Source of the DNA: Utricularia gibba
Lineage: Eukaryota; Plantae; Magnoliophyta
Assembly (NCBI GenBank): GCA_002189035.1
Contig: NEEC01000018.1
Span: forward strand, 1,240,001-1,304,000
DNA length: 64,000 bases
Direction of reading: 5' to 3'
Part shown: positions 63,001 through 64,000 of the stretch, piece after piece
How the letters are laid out: each line of letters opens with the position of its first letter
How positions within the stretch are numbered: position 1 is the stretch's first letter
The notes under the pieces: model-generated
The model's database searches: none
What the model was told of the DNA's origin: nothing
What the model saw: only the letters and a program-made list of their open reading frames with translations
Position numbers and translations under genes: made by a program

Positions 63001-64000
63001 TCGATTCAATTGTGATCTTGATTAGGGATATTCCAGATGCCAAGGAAAGTGGACTACTCCATTTGTGTGAGTTTATTGAGGACTGTGAATTCTCTTATCT
63101 TTCCACCCAGGTTTGCTGTGTGCTCTTCAAAACATTGTATTTCATCAAGTGCCTTCCTTTCAGTTATTTTGACTTTAATCTTGGCTTGAACTTCTGTTAG
63201 ATTCTTCACTTCCTTGGAATTGAAGGACCCAAGACATCAGACCCTAGTAGGTATATACGGTATATCTACAACCGAGTGATATTGGAGAATGCGACAGTGA
63301 GAGCAAGTGCTGTTAGTACGTTGGCAAAATTTGGTGCCTTGGTTGACTCATTGAAGGTAAGACTGTTTTCATCAGTTTTACACTCATGTTGCTGCCTGGA
63401 TGAAGTAATATGATATTGATGCTGCAGCCTCGTATATTTCTTCTGTTGAGGCGATGCCTCTATGATAATGATGATGAGGTTAGCTTTTTGCTGCTTTATT
63501 ACTCATGGCAATTAGGTTCTCCACCCCCTGCTCTTCGCTTGCAGATGTTTATTTTTTTGGAGCGTGACAGGTTCGCGACAGGGCAACACTGTACTTAAAC
63601 ACCCTTGCAGGAGATTCAATTGCTGAAACTGAAAACATTGAGGAATTCCTGTTTGGCTCATTTGAGGTGCCGCTGTCAAATTTGGAATCTAGCTTGAAGG
63701 AATATGTAAGTGTTATTTGCTATTCTAATGATTATTGCAGTTAGTTCTGTGAACATATTTAACATGGGCTTTCCTGTCCTTTTTGTTTTCAGATACAGGA
63801 TCCTTCGGAAGAGCGTTTTGATATTAGTAAGGTATCAACGGAGGTTAAATCACAGCCTCTTGTGGAAAAGAAAGCCCCTGGTAAAAAGCCGGGCGGTTTG
63901 GGTGCTCCTCCTGCTCCCATTTCAGCTGCGGAGACTTATGAAAGCCTTCTGTCATCAATACCTGAATACGCAAATTTCGGAAGAATTTTCAAGGTCTATC
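60039..64000 (+). CDS. SEC21: Coatomer subunit gamma (5' part; continues beyond the window)
   Basis: [44 protein letters not shown]|VITKLLYL..., [43 protein letters not shown]. Many in-frame GT-AG introns. Confidence 0.97.
62195..62488. repeat. 97-bp tandem triplication in a gamma-COP intron
   Basis: Unit ctagacccttgatttgatg...ctcgaggtttt...cagtatcctaagagt starts at 62195, 62292 and 62389 with few differences. Confidence 0.95.

Noticed and set aside
1-64000. tRNA, rRNA, CRISPR arrays or an autonomous transposon
   Set aside because: None seen; the tandem repeats have no unique spacers and the sequence is plant nuclear DNA.

Overview
This is a gene-dense segment of a eudicot nuclear genome with short introns and AT-rich spacers. 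About 18 recognisable protein-coding genes lie in order: CYCD3, RPS16, PUB26-like, TRX-m3, COR27/28-like, core alpha1,3-fucosyltransferase, LOH2, ERF109-like, KRP, a carboxylesterase, OTP51, a SWIM-finger protein, PetM, TOM6, ARI1/2, UTP23, SWI3D and gamma-COP, which runs off the window. From recall, this gene set matches homoeologous Arabidopsis segments (At1g49/At3g19 and At2g15-16/At4g33-34). The most notable results are two heavily disabled pseudogenes. One is DYW2, the trans-acting organellar RNA-editing deaminase, and the other is MCCB, the methylcrotonoyl-CoA carboxylase beta subunit. Both keep their ends and promoter motifs but have lost the middle. Three -1 frameshifts at G runs occur in otherwise intact genes (TOM6 once, SWI3D twice) and are probably assembly errors. 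Other observations are an MSA-element cluster upstream of KRP, a U12-like donor in LOH2, several MITE/MULE-like elements, and a few unexplained exon-like islands. I found no convincing wholly new biological system. All gene assignments come from recognising sequence by eye, not from database searches.
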